Source: Candidatus Daviesbacteria bacterium (GTDB taxonomy: Bacteria > Patescibacteriota > Microgenomatia > Daviesbacterales > UBA10151). From it: a stretch of 64,000 bases of DNA. Where the stretch lies: positions 130,290 to 194,289 of the forward strand of contig JACPKP010000003.1 of the NCBI GenBank assembly GCA_016186955.1, in the 5' to 3' direction. The notes under the pieces were generated by a model. The model searched no databases and was not told the origin of the DNA. It saw only the letters and a program-made list of their open reading frames with translations. A program made the position numbers and the translations under genes. Of this stretch, positions 9,901 to 21,055 are shown piece after piece (within the stretch, counting starts at the first letter, position 1; every line of letters begins with the position of its first letter).

Positions 9901-11936
9901 TTTGCCACATATAATCCATACTGGTTAGTAGTACAGTTGGTGGTGCAGTCTGAGGCTACAGTTGCAGTAGTAGTTATATATTGCCCATATATATTATTTG
10001 CTACAGTATCAGTGAGTCCTGCGCCTGAAAGGGTGGAAGATGGGTTTAAATAGCTTCCATACAAATTTAGTGTGCCTCCTGTTGAGGCAGCAGTAGACGC
10101 AGGTTGAGATCTTAATCCGTACACTGCTCTGGTTCCAGAAGCAAGTGCACCTGTTGCTGAGGTTGCCAGGTCTGCAGCTGCTAACGTATCACCTGTAGTC
10201 GAGCTTGAAGTTATAGTCTGATATATTCCATAACCTGTTTTTGCAGCATTGCCAGTTAAAGCCAAAGATCCGTAATATCCGTAATCAGTGTTACCAAAAG
10301 CTGTAGTATCTGTAGCCACATTTTTGATGCCATTCCCGGTGGTCGCAGAACCAGCGCTAAAGTCTGGCGCCAGGTAGAGCAGTGATCCTTCAGTCCCGGC
10401 AGATCCCACATCTGAGGCAATTTTCACAAACCCGGAGGAAGCGCCGGAAGTTACACCGGTTGAAGTAGGGCCAACCAATGATAAAGCAGAACCGGTTGTA
10501 ATTGAGGAGGCTGTGTAAGTTAAGCCGGTTGTAGTATCACCGGTGAAAGTTTGAGACCAGGTATTGGTAGTTTGGTTTAAAGTTAAAGCTGCATCTAAAT
10601 CCAAGGTATCTTGAAACTCAGTAAAATCCAATGAGTCGGCTGTGACACCTGTAGCGCTTATTGTTGAACATTCCCACCTTATATCAGTTGCATCCCACAC
10701 TAAAAGTTGGGCGTCAGAGCAACCCCTGAGCAGGGATAGCCCATCAGTTGCAACTTCTATCCCTGAATTGGCAGTAGTTGTGGTGGTAGTACTGGAGGTT
10801 GTGACATCTAAACTAACAGTTACCGCACCTGAAGTGCCTCCGCCGGATAAACCATTGCCAACTGAGACTGCTGTAATGTCACCGCCGGAATCTGAATCAG
10901 TATCACAGTTACTCCATGATCCATTTATATAACATCTGAACTTGTTTGAACCGGTATTATAATAAGTTGCGCCATTGGCAGGTGAAGAAGGGTCAGAAGC
11001 CAGTTGCCCTAAATTAAGCGAAGCCCCTAAAGTTGCACCCCCTGATAAAGTCAACGGTACTGTGGTTACAGCACCCCTGGCAGTGACTGTAGCTAAAGTA
11101 TCCAGTTCTGCCAGGCCGGTGGCTGAGATAGTGGGGTTTTGTTTATCACCGGTAATGGTAATATTAGTCCCTGGTTTTACACCGTAGAGGATATTAGACG
11201 CCGTAAGGTTCCCCTGGAACACGCCTTCTCCTTCTACTGCCAGGCTGCCTGTTATATTTGTATCAGCATTAAGCTGTAAAAATTTACCTTCTTTGGCTAA
11301 AGTTGAGTCCCCTAAAACTTCAGGTTGGGAGTTTTCACGGATACTTTGATCAGGAGATATATCATTTGATAGGCTTATACCTAGCAGTTTTGCTACTTGC
11401 GGTTGTTTAAAAGCAAAAGTTGTTGTGCCCAATATCAGGATTAAAAATATAAAAGCTAAAAAAGCAGTCAGGGGGAAGGTTAAACTTTTTGTCTGGATAT
11501 TTTGGGGATCATCAAGCGCAAATTGGAAGATGTCATTCAAAGCGTAATCTGAGTTGGGGATATTCAGTTCTTTTTGTAATTTTTTAACCTCTGTTTTTGA
11601 AAACCTTCTTGCTCCGCCTTCAGTCCGGTCCGGGTTAATAAGGCCTTTTTTCTCCCAGTTCCGTAAAGTGTCTTTTGAAATTTTTAAAGCTTTAGAAGCT
11701 CTGGAGATTGATAAAAGTCCATGTTTTCTTTTTGATGCAGGGTGGATCTCTTGTTTTAATGCATTAAGTTCAGATAATTTATAACGCCTGGCTCCTCCCT
11801 GGGTCCTGCTAGGGATCAGTTTTCCCTGCTTCTCCCAGTTCCTTAATGTGTCCGGGGATACGCCTAAAACCCTGGCAGCATGAGAGATTGAGATAAATCC
11901 TCCGAAAGATTTTAAAACAGACGACTTTTTTACCAT
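3933..11936 (-). CDS. Giant membrane-anchored surface protein with two N-terminal MerR/excisionase-type HTH domains and a C-terminal autochaperone-like domain
   Basis: 2667 aa. Two SISxAxxxLxxSxDTLRNWEKxGxxxPxRTxGGARR repeats, TM helix FLAFIFLILILG, long T/S/G/A-rich region with internal repeats, GDLGEYY...ALSGRVPTKV..NGPI..GDYLTSS..PG.AM domain, coiled coil. Confidence 0.85.
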   Translation of the reverse strand: MVKKSSVLKSFGGFISISHAARVLGVSPDTLRNWEKQGKLIPSRTQGGARRYKLSELNALKQEIHPASKRKHGLLSISRASKALKISKDTLRNWEKKGLINPDRTEGGARRFSKTEVKKLQKELNIPNSDYALNDIFQFALDDPQNIQTKSLTFPLTAFLAFIFLILILGTTTFAFKQPQVAKLLGISLSNDISPDQSIRENSQPEVLGDSTLAKEGKFLQLNADTNITGSLAVEGEGVFQGNLTASNILYGVKPGTNITITGDKQNPTISATGLAELDTLATVTARGAVTTVPLTLSGGATLGASLNLGQLASDPSSPANGATYYNTGSNKFRCYINGSWSNCDTDSDSGGDITAVSVGNGLSGGGTSGAVTVSLDVTTSSTTTTTTANSGIEVATDGLSLLRGCSDAQLLVWDATDIRWECSTISATGVTADSLDFTEFQDTLDLDAALTLNQTTNTWSQTFTGDTTTGLTYTASSITTGSALSLVGPTSTGVTSGASSGFVKIASDVGSAGTEGSLLYLAPDFSAGSATTGNGIKNVATDTTAFGNTDYGYYGSLALTGNAAKTGYGIYQTITSSSTTGDTLAAADLATSATGALASGTRAVYGLRSQPASTAASTGGTLNLYGSYLNPSSTLSGAGLTDTVANNIYGQYITTTATVASDCTTNCTTNQYGLYVANGTSSTNGTSTKYGLYVESPTGADTNYAAYFAGGNVNIQGLSASSAVYTDASKNLTSTAPTSGAIGYWSRTGTTLSPATANDIVSIANTTTTGADLAITNTGVYTGTGIFNLTANSANTGTLAAITGNGLSSGLALSLSSSSTALTTGSLLSSSYTGTATWTGNLNYLDYTPSSAPSTSPTGDLLRLNLGANATNFTGNILNLVDNSSSVFSVSKTQFTTSLPSSFTSAGDLSVAYDINFTNPTTSFIKSAAPITIQSGKIFNSSDLTLKTFNQGSVVVDSGNTTGTTTTGSFVISASALTTGTAAYITSTATSGKLLDLNATETSGTISNIAYGAAATLAGALTGQAIDTSTNVTATGQSITGISLTLNPSVTNTGSGTYNYKGLAVTGSALSQTTAAGTDNWSGVDVTVPALTDNFAGSTVTGSGLKVTTGNLTGTAGTASLNGLFVDGSSTTLATSGTFSGFKFSPNTAATGTTLYGVNIGAISSPGAGTETAINIANGWDVGIEFINPTGQSSGTTSLIEGSFSSASTLLSSTYRGINLDLQTNVTPLVGTASTLVAYRTNLPAATETGNNDHTFLGYSVSNTGAVTNQGTSQFTWSGFNLTNPGALTQNTAAGTILWSGLNFTIPAITQTTGTITANGIRIATGSITTGGTENGVSIVASGVGAGTLNGINIGAITPGAGTETAINIGNGWDQGIVTGTVTATSGSTSYQANLGTTAGAATATFGGVNIGAISGAGTQSSGVNIGANSATATTNYGINIGAISGAGTTNTGVNIAAVSGSTTNYAIKTAQGSVDLTDNSNTVPSLQLTNNTITTLGAGVNTTGMVNLQSTSLSTGNLLNVQVAANSFTTGKLADISTTSTGLTSGNLLYLDWTPGSTVTGTATGDLFKINIGSNGVNNPLNFLNFVSNSSSLFSVSQQQFTTSLPANFTAAGDLSVAYDLNFTNPTSSFVKSAAPLTVQSGETFNSSDLTLKTFNQGTVVFDTAATTGTSVDLTNGVLSTGTGFNMQFDAITTGTGLKISSSNTSQTTSNLLNVTQTGTTTGYTGNLVTFVGSGTTGAGNVLNVTGVNTSAGNAVNITANSLASGGNGLNVNSSTTGALTNGLVYINASAAHTGNALGLTTATATGIGELITASSVTTGSALSIVGPTSTGVTSGTSSGFVKIASDVGSAGTEGSLLYLAPDFSAGSATTGNGIKNVATDATALANTDYGYYGSLALTGNANKKGTGIYSTVTSSSTTAETFSAGSGGLTAIDAATSVTGIISTGTRDVFGLRSQPAVAAANTGGTVNLYGSYLAPSSTTATTGSTTNVYGEYITTTGTLTTDGTINQYGLYVADGTSSGTGTSIKYGIYLAPQTAADNNYGVCFDCDGTFGTQTVATGIQWGTDATTANNIAFYRSANGTATLELGDGSDLIAASAAAFNINLSDTATYTEWLCHNGTDGATGVQDVGDCNQAGAGDLGEYYGSDGTLEAGDLVVIDPNKSASQEVHDRYGQISKAYVVKNTQSYQPQIIGIISTNPVFYSLSKDVFNADDKPVVVALSGRVPTKVSAENGPIHRGDYLTSSSTPGVAMRATQPGQVVGKALEDFGDVENCQNGNSLEIENCKLKMGKIMAFVNISFADPANVLANMLLDSDGTLILPKVSAKSISLDPNIIVTLNGVKGINSQLYPSAIPQDDNGEAQDETSLDYALLTMVGTLASQKDSITSLRSDILGIAAKTESLKSAEASNSAELAQAKSDLAQVKSLSEEAVSHSQTLGEKIASTSANLASLSQKIDELLASNTPEVNQLELTPPEILLTTDSAKLSATSLNVSNDISTLKLSAGEVTISDSLKALGESSLANTLISGDLVVDGIFSITDGSRVNALPTLYLQTSPLAEKIDIFNGKVTIEKDGTLKVQTLIADQVKVTDKSSGTAIFPAGETELAVFNNLVKPDSIVILTPETLTTQTLAITDKVDGAGFVVKAPLPQTKDIKFSYLIIGKEVSSR

Positions 11937-12066
11937 TTTTTGATCCTAAAACCTATGAAAAACTTAGGAAAAAGTTATGAACAATTAAAATCAGTGTTAC
12001 AGAAAATAAAAGCAGTTGTCAAGAGATCAACATTATATATAAAAAGAAATTTCCCGGTGTCATTCG

Positions 12067-12168
12067 AGAGCGTATTCCAAAACTGTCATTCCCGCGAAAG
12101 CGGGAATCTATTCTACTAATGGATCCCCGATTAGGTCGGGGGATGACAAAGGGGTTTTGAAATGACTT
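12067..12168. repeat. MITE/REP-like palindromic element
   Basis: GTCATTCCCGCGAAAGCGGGAATC...GATCCCCGATTAGGTCGGGGATGAC core inside imperfect outer inverted repeats (TTCCAAAAC/GTTTTGAAA). Confidence 0.7.
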
Positions 12169-12213
12169 TTAGCAGCCCCCTAACTTTGGAAAATTTTTAA
12201 AACTTTGTCCTAT

Positions 12214-12297
12214 GCGCTCACCTGGAAGGAGTCCATCCGGCTCGCCTCGCTGACTCGCCTCGTCTTCGACTTGTCGAAGTGGGCCACCTTCCAGGTG
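12214..12297. repeat. REP-like element (CACCTnnnAGGTG family)
   Basis: CACCTGGAAGGAGTCCATCCGG...CACCTTCCAGGTG; inverted match to 14950-14976 and 40764-40786. Confidence 0.75.
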
Positions 12298-12457
12298 GGG
12301 TTTGATCAAATCATGAATTTCGGCCGATACAGTGCTAAATTTTTGATTTTGCTGTTATAATAACCCAAAATGAAATAATTTTTACTTAGCAGAAGTGATG
12401 TATAATTGCTAATTTTAGCCGCATAAATTTTAGCTTCCGTGAAAATTCCTGTGTAAG

Positions 12458-14875
12458 TTAAGTAACAAAATTGAGTAACCTCCCTTTTATATAAATTATT
12501 TTTTTAACGCCCGTGGCTAGATATTTTTTTACTTTTTCATTCCCTAAAGCCAATTTTACCACCTTGGTTTCCTCTTCCGCAACCTCATTACCAGTAGTGA
12601 GGGTATGCCTGAGTTTACCATTTACCTGCACGACTATTACAACATGTTCTTTTTGCAGATATTTTTCATCCGCCTCCGGCCATTTTTGCTGGTGTATGGA
12701 CCACTTGTCATCATCGGCAGCCTTAACTTGGTAGGACCAAAGTTCTTCCGTAATATGGGGTGCGAAAGGGGCTAAAAGTTTCAAAAAAGTCTCATATTCT
12801 ATCTCACTTACTTTTTTCTTGCCTAAGTAGTTGAGCCACTCCATTAAAGCTGCTACTGCGGTATTAAACCGGGTTGCCTCAATGTCATCTGTAACTTTCT
12901 TGATGGTTTTGTGCATCAGGTAGAGGCCTTCTTGGGTAGGTTTGGCTGCTTTAACCTGAGTTAGCAACCAGACCCTTTCTAAAAACCGGTAAGGTCCCCA
13001 AATCCGTTCACTAATCCAGGGGCCTGTGCCTTCATATGGCATAAAAAATGCCAGATATACCCTGACAGCATCTGCGCCATATTTATTGACCTCATCATCA
13101 GGGTTTACCACATTACCCTTAGATTTGCTCATCTTATTGCCGTCAGGGCCTAAGACAATCCCATGGTTTACCCTCCTTAAAGCATATTCATCAAGCTTAG
13201 TCAACCTTAAATCATAGAAAAATTTTGTGAAAAAACGGGAGTAAAGTGTATGCCCCAGCGTATGTTCAGCCCCTCCAAAGTAAATATCCACAGGCATAAT
13301 TTTGCTAGCTAAATCTATATCAAATACTTTAGTTTCTAAATCAGGGTTAAGATATCTAAAAAAATACCAGGAGGAATCAACAAAAGTATCCATTGTATCT
13401 ACATCCCTCTTGGCATCTCCTCCGCACTTTGGGCATTTAACACTTAGCCAAGCTTCATTTGAGGCTAAGGGGGATTTTCCTTTAGGTGTGTAGTCAACAT
13501 CATAAGGTAACTCAACAGGTAAATTTTTTTCCGGTACAGGCACTATACCGCATTTGGAACAGTGTACCATCGGAATAGGTGTCCCCCAGTACCTTTGTCT
13601 GGAAATTGACCAATCATGGATATGATATTGAGCGCTTCTTTCACCAAATCCTTGATTCTCCATCCAGCCTTTAACTTGCTCTTTGGCTGGTTGAGGCGTT
13701 TTTAAACCGCTAAACCTACCTGAATTTACTAAATAGCCTTCTTCTAAAACATCTTGGAGGGATTTGATCTCATCTTTATCTTTAGCAGTTTTGCCAATTA
13801 CCCTGATAACTGCTAACTCATATTTTTTAGCAAACTCAAAATCTCTTTTGTCCGATCCCGGAACTCCCATTACTGCCCCTGTTCCATAAGTTCCAATGAC
13901 ATAGTCTGCAATCCAAATGGGAAATTTTTTATTATTTGCAGGATTAATACAATAGCTCCCTGTAAAAACCCCTGTTTTTTCTCTTTCTGCCTCTTTTCTT
14001 TCTACTTCAAGTTTTTTCTTAGCTTTTTCTAAATATTCTAATACACTTTGTTTATATTCGGGGGTTGCTATTTTAGTTGCTAAAGGATGCTCGGGAGCCA
14101 ATACCATATAGGTTACGCCAAAGATAGTTTCAGGGTAAACAGTATAAGCCTTAATTACTTCTTCGGAATTTTCCAGCTTAAAATCAATAATTATTCCTTC
14201 ACTTTTTCCAATCCACTGGTTTTGGGCTTCCCTGACTGATTTTGGCCAGTTAACATTTGGATCTTCCGGCCAGATTAACCTATCAGCGTAGGCTTTAATT
14301 TTAAAAAACCATTGGTCAACAGCTTTTTGGACAACTGGGTTACCACATCTCCAACATAATCCATCAACTACACCCTCATTAGCCAGCACAGTTTGGTCTG
14401 TTTCACACCAATTGGAAATATATTTGCCTTTGTAAGCTAAACCTTTTTCAAACATTTTTATAAAAATCCATTGATTCCATTTGTAATAGTTAGGTAATGA
14501 TGTGATCACTTCATGGTCGAAAGTAAACGAAGCGCCGGTTGTTTTAAACTGTTTTTTCATAGCAGCTATATTGGATTTTGTCCAGTCTTGAGGATGGATA
14601 TTACGTTTGATGGCTGCATTTTCTGCCGGCAGGCCAAAAGCATCAAAGCCGTTTGGAAAGAAAACATTATATCCCTGCATCCGTTTCATACGGGCGTAAA
14701 TATCGGCGCCTCCAAATGTAAACCAGTGGCCCATATGCAGGTCTCCGGATGGATAGGCAAATTCAGCCAGAACGTAAAATTTATTAGGTTTAGCCAGGTC
14801 GGTTTTATACAGGCCTGACTCTTCCCATTTTTTTTGCCATTTTGGCTCGATATTTTTAGGGATATATTTCTTCAT
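12458..14875 (-). CDS. leuS: Leucyl-tRNA synthetase
   Basis: YPSGDLHMGH, KMSKS, W.ISRQRYWG, DTMDTF, VQVNGKLR. Confidence 0.97.
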   Translation of the reverse strand: MKKYIPKNIEPKWQKKWEESGLYKTDLAKPNKFYVLAEFAYPSGDLHMGHWFTFGGADIYARMKRMQGYNVFFPNGFDAFGLPAENAAIKRNIHPQDWTKSNIAAMKKQFKTTGASFTFDHEVITSLPNYYKWNQWIFIKMFEKGLAYKGKYISNWCETDQTVLANEGVVDGLCWRCGNPVVQKAVDQWFFKIKAYADRLIWPEDPNVNWPKSVREAQNQWIGKSEGIIIDFKLENSEEVIKAYTVYPETIFGVTYMVLAPEHPLATKIATPEYKQSVLEYLEKAKKKLEVERKEAEREKTGVFTGSYCINPANNKKFPIWIADYVIGTYGTGAVMGVPGSDKRDFEFAKKYELAVIRVIGKTAKDKDEIKSLQDVLEEGYLVNSGRFSGLKTPQPAKEQVKGWMENQGFGERSAQYHIHDWSISRQRYWGTPIPMVHCSKCGIVPVPEKNLPVELPYDVDYTPKGKSPLASNEAWLSVKCPKCGGDAKRDVDTMDTFVDSSWYFFRYLNPDLETKVFDIDLASKIMPVDIYFGGAEHTLGHTLYSRFFTKFFYDLRLTKLDEYALRRVNHGIVLGPDGNKMSKSKGNVVNPDDEVNKYGADAVRVYLAFFMPYEGTGPWISERIWGPYRFLERVWLLTQVKAAKPTQEGLYLMHKTIKKVTDDIEATRFNTAVAALMEWLNYLGKKKVSEIEYETFLKLLAPFAPHITEELWSYQVKAADDDKWSIHQQKWPEADEKYLQKEHVVIVVQVNGKLRHTLTTGNEVAEEETKVVKLALGNEKVKKYLATGVKKIIYIKGRLLNFVT

Positions 14876-14931
14876 AAAACAATTCTATCATCTGAAGTTT
14901 AAGATCTCAAATAGAAACTTCCAAGAGCCAG

Positions 14932-14976
14932 GTTACACCCGAAAGGTGGCCGGATGGACTCCTTTCGGGTGAGTGC
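14932..14976. repeat. REP-like element (CACCnnnnAGGTG family)
   Basis: GTTACACCCGAAAGGTGGCCGGATGGACTCCTTTCGGGTGAGTGC. Confidence 0.7.
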
Positions 14977-15040
14977 AGTTAAACGTATTTTTTGTGCCTG
15001 TGCGGGAATTGATTGTTATTATAAATTATATTTTGATATC

Positions 15041-15115
15041 TTGACAGTTAAATTCACCAAAGTTTAAAATTAATTCAGGAGCAGGGGTAATGCAGACGAC
15101 TACCCCTGCTTTTTT
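15041..15115 (+). promoter_or_regulatory. Promoter immediately followed by a terminator-like hairpin
   Basis: TTGACA-18 nt-TAAAAT, then AGCAGGGGTA...TACCCCTGCT-TTTTT. Confidence 0.5.
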
Positions 15116-15162
15116 GTGGCAAAAATTTGCATTATCCTAAAGAATAGTCGTATTCTGGAAGT

Positions 15163-15948
15163 ATGAAAAGGAAATTTTTAATTTACCTTGCTTTTTACTT
15201 TTTGCTTTTTACTTTTTGCTTTTTCTTTACTACTTCTGTTTCTGCCCAGACAGCGTTAGATACTACCACTACTTATGAAATCTCTGACCCCCAGGCAAAG
15301 GATGGGGAGATACTTGAACTGAAAGATAAAAAATTTGTCAGGGCAAGCGTGCCATATTCAAATAAGATATATGGGGTGTTAGTAGATAACCCGTTGATTG
15401 TTTACCGGGGTTTTGAAGAAAATAAAAGGGCTATTGCCACATCAGGGGTTGCCCGGGTTTTGGTCACAACTATCAATGGCCCGGTTCTACCCGGTGACTT
15501 TATTACTTCATCTGCTATACCTGGAAAAGGCCAAAAAGCCACCAGGTCAGGGCATGTTTTAGGGATAGCGCTTGACGGGTTTTCGGGCGCTGGTACAGGT
15601 AGTATTCAGGTAAGCCTCCGGGTAGGCTACGCAGAATTGCCTCAAGGGTCGGTTATAAGTTATGTAAATTTGTATACTACCTCTTTTTTAGAAAACATTA
15701 AAGACCCAAGAAGATTTATCCAGGTAACTGAATTTTTGATAGCATTATTGATAGTTATAGCTAGTTTGACATTTTCTTTTTTCGTCTTTACCCGTTCGGC
15801 TGTAAATGGGATTAAGGCAATAGGCCGTAACCCGTTAGCCAAAAGGGCCATCCTTTTTTCTGTGGCTCTCAATATTATTTTAGCTGTAGTTGTCAGTTTA
15901 GGCGGTATTGTTTTGGGGTTTATTATCATAACATTTAGTGGAGGTTGA
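15163..15948 (+). CDS. Exported-domain protein with C-terminal ATP synthase subunit c-like hairpin
   Basis: Signal peptide ending VSA|Q, soluble domain NGPVLPGDFITSS..PGKGQKA, two TM helices joined by AIGRNPLA (c-subunit RQP/RNP loop). Occupies the atpE position. Confidence 0.7.
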   Translation: MKRKFLIYLAFYFLLFTFCFFFTTSVSAQTALDTTTTYEISDPQAKDGEILELKDKKFVRASVPYSNKIYGVLVDNPLIVYRGFEENKRAIATSGVARVLVTTINGPVLPGDFITSSAIPGKGQKATRSGHVLGIALDGFSGAGTGSIQVSLRVGYAELPQGSVISYVNLYTTSFLENIKDPRRFIQVTEFLIALLIVIASLTFSFFVFTRSAVNGIKAIGRNPLAKRAILFSVALNIILAVVVSLGGIVLGFIIITFSGG

Positions 15949-15980
15949 ATTAATCTGCGTTTTTTTATATCCTAAAGGTA

Positions 15981-16637
15981 ATGCCCGAATTACCAGCTGT
16001 ATTGTTTTTACTTTTGTCACTGGGGACCTTTCTTGTTGTCTATTATAGAATCCTTAAAAAGGAAGAGCCCAAAGAAGAGGTTGAGCTTGAAAAGGCCCGC
16101 TCCAAAGGTTTCCAGATTATCCATAATGCCATAAAAAAAGCGCAGGTTATTTTAGGTGAGGCTGAGATTGAAGGCATTAAAGTTTCTGCGCAGACAAAGC
16201 TGGAAAGTAAAAAGATAGAGGAGCGTTTTGATGCGCAACTTGGTATTTTTACAGACAGGTTGGATAAAATCCAGGAGGATTACAATAATTATTTAAATTC
16301 ATTGCGTGTCTCCGCCGGCACAAGTGAAGATAAAAATAATGAGGTGATCAGGCAACATATAAACCAGATCTTTGACAGGTTGGAACAAAGCCTGGTGGAG
16401 TCTTTTAACCAGACCCAGCAGCAAAGCATCCATACTATTGAAATGGAGATCCAGTCTGCCAGGCAGCTGATAGAAAGGTATAAACTTCAACAGCTCAAAT
16501 TAATAGATGAAAATATCATAGCGCTTTTGGAATCCACCCTTTCACTGGTGCTGGCTAAAAAATTGACACTCAAAGACCAGCTTGACCTGGTTTATGAGGC
16601 CCTGGAGAAAGCCAAAATTGAAAAGTTCATTGTATAA
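15981..16637 (+). CDS. Subunit b-like protein (single TM plus coiled coil)
   Basis: N-terminal TM, long charged helix, atpF position. Confidence 0.6.
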   Translation: MPELPAVLFLLLSLGTFLVVYYRILKKEEPKEEVELEKARSKGFQIIHNAIKKAQVILGEAEIEGIKVSAQTKLESKKIEERFDAQLGIFTDRLDKIQEDYNNYLNSLRVSAGTSEDKNNEVIRQHINQIFDRLEQSLVESFNQTQQQSIHTIEMEIQSARQLIERYKLQQLKLIDENIIALLESTLSLVLAKKLTLKDQLDLVYEALEKAKIEKFIV

Positions 16638-16643
16638 ACTGAT

Positions 16644-17123
16644 ATGAACGGGATTTTAGACCTGGTACTTGCCCATACCTATACACGCGTAGATGCCCTA
16701 AGAAGGCTGCGGATTTTAAAACAGCTGTTGGAGGGCAGGTTGTTTGGTTTGGACCAACAACCGGAGCTGATTCCGCAGGATTCTGTCTGGTTAAACCAGC
16801 TGGATACAAAAATTTACAACTTTTTTAACAGGCAAAACCTTTATTCATTGATAGATGAGGTTGAAAAATTCATAAAGCAGGTTTTAACCCTGACCATCTA
16901 CCTGCCTTTTGAGCTTCCGGATACCGAGCTTATTGCCCTTGGTGAGTATTTAAGGAAAGATTACGGGAAAAATTTCCTGGTAGAGATTAAATTCGACTCA
17001 AATTTGATAGGAGGCTGCTCGTTAATCTGGAAAAGCATACTGAAAGACTACTCCCTAAAAAAAAGGATGGAGGACAGTAGGGAAGTAATTTTGGGTAACT
17101 TAAAGCAGTCACTTAAAAAATGA
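16644..17123 (+). CDS. atpH: Subunit delta/OSCP-like protein
   Basis: C-terminal VEIKFDSNLIGG...KDYSLKKRM motif typical of delta; position before alpha. Confidence 0.7.
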   Translation: MNGILDLVLAHTYTRVDALRRLRILKQLLEGRLFGLDQQPELIPQDSVWLNQLDTKIYNFFNRQNLYSLIDEVEKFIKQVLTLTIYLPFELPDTELIALGEYLRKDYGKNFLVEIKFDSNLIGGCSLIWKSILKDYSLKKRMEDSREVILGNLKQSLKK

Positions 17124-18570
17124 ACAATGAAGTAGGCCTGGTTACATCCATCAAGGATTTTTTAATCCATATCAATGGGCTGCCTACAGTTAAGGTTAAT
17201 GATTTAGTGGAGAGTGAAAACGGCGCCAGGGGATGGGTTAACGCTTTGTTTTCTGACCAGGTCGAAATCCTGATGCTAACTGAAAACAGTGTTTCTATCG
17301 GACAGATGTTTAAGCGCTCCGGGAAGCGCTTGACTATTACAGTGGGGGAATTTTTACTCGGCAGGGCAACAAACCCTTTAGGTGAACCGATTGACGGGAG
17401 CAGGCTGCTGGCAAAAACCAAAACAGACGCAGAGTATAGGATAAACAATCCTGCGCCTGGGATTGATAAAAGGGAATTTATCAGGGACCAGTTTGATACA
17501 GGAATTGCTATTGTGGACTCGCTCATACCCTTGGGCAAGGGGCAGCGGGAGCTCATACTTGCCGATGCCCGGTCCGGTAAAGATGATTTTCTGGTGGATC
17601 TGATCATCAACCAAAAAAGCGCCGGGGTAATCTGTATTTATGCCATGATAGGCAAGCCGGTGGCGCAGATCAGGACTATTATAGATACTTTAGGCTTGAA
17701 TAAAGCATTGGAATACACAGCAATTATCGCCACATCTTCTACTGACCCGGCGCCTTTAATTTATCTTACCCCTTATGCGGCAATCACTATAGCTGAACAT
17801 TTCCAGAAACAGGGGAAAGATGTACTGGTAATTTTTGACGACTTGGGAAACCATGCTAAAGTTTACCGGGAGATATCACTTCTGGGGAATAAATTCCCTG
17901 GCCGGGAGTCTTACCCCGGGGATATGTTTTTCCAGCATGCCAATCTCTTAGAGAGGGCAGGGAAGTTCAAACCTGAATTTGGCGGAGGTTCTATTACAGC
18001 GCTGCCTGTGATTGAACTGAACACAGGTGATTTCACAAACTATATACCCACCAATTTAATGTCGATGACAGACGGACACTTGATGTTTAAATCAGGTTTT
18101 TACAACCAGGGCCAGCGGCCGGCCATAGATATCAGCCTGTCTGTTTCCAGGGTAGGCAGGCAAACTTTTAACCATCTTCAGCTGGAACTGATCAGAAGGG
18201 TTAAAAAAATGTTGACCCAAAGCGCCCAGTTGGAAACAGTCAGCAGGTTTGCTACAGAGCTGCCCAAAGAAACACGGCTGATCTTAAAACAGAAACAGGC
18301 AGTCATGGAACTGGTAAACCAGGAATCTTTAACCAGGCTTTCAAAACAAGAACAGTTGGTCATCTTGTCGCTTGTTTTTACCAGTTTTATGGATGATCAA
18401 TATATCAAACTATTAAAAAATATCTTTGTGCTGGACAGAAAAAAAGTATTACTTAAAGCTTTTACCCAAAACCCTGAGCTGAGTTCCCTGGTTGAGGCTG
18501 CCTTTCAATTTAAAAACTATGATGAACTGCTTTTGAAACTGGAATCAATTATCCCTAAACTGGAGAAAAT

Positions 18571-18583
<13 letters not shown>
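17120..18583 (+). CDS. atpA: F1 ATPase subunit alpha (divergent)
   Basis: PLGKGQRELI, PGRESYPGD, LLERA, TDG, SVSRVG; Walker A altered to ADARSGKD. Confidence 0.92.
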
Positions 18584-20767
<2,184 letters not shown>

Positions 20768-20773
20768 AATTGT

Positions 20774-21055
20774 ATGGACAACCATATTTTAAAAGTCCGT
20801 ATAGTATCACCTAAAGGAATAATTTTTCAGGGCCAGGCTGTCTCGGTTAGCTCTATAAATTCGGCCGGCAAATTTGATATCCTGCCCGGCCATACCAGCT
20901 TCCTGACGCTGACTAAAAATGTCCCTGTCACAATCAATACTGACCAAAAAAAACTCATGACCTTCAATCTGCCAATGGCGGTAATCTTTACGGCACAAAA
21001 TAGCGTGCGTATATATACGGATATTAACTTTAAACCTAATTTGATTGATGAGTAA
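20774..21055 (+). CDS. atpC: F1 ATPase subunit epsilon, N-terminal domain only
   Basis: LKVRIVSP, GKFDILPGH; 93 aa with no C-terminal helices. Confidence 0.85.
   Translation: MDNHILKVRIVSPKGIIFQGQAVSVSSINSAGKFDILPGHTSFLTLTKNVPVTINTDQKKLMTFNLPMAVIFTAQNSVRIYTDINFKPNLIDE

Noticed and set aside
6240-10500. DGR template/variable repeat pair in the giant gene
   Set aside because: Differences are mostly synonymous and not adenine-specific; no reverse transcriptase in the window
378-11784. Many + strand ORFs over the two giant genes
   Set aside because: Antisense shadows of biased codon usage, with no recognisable motifs
3933-11936. Prophage tail gene
   Set aside because: No capsid, terminase, portal or integrase nearby; the protein has a TM anchor and sits among housekeeping genes
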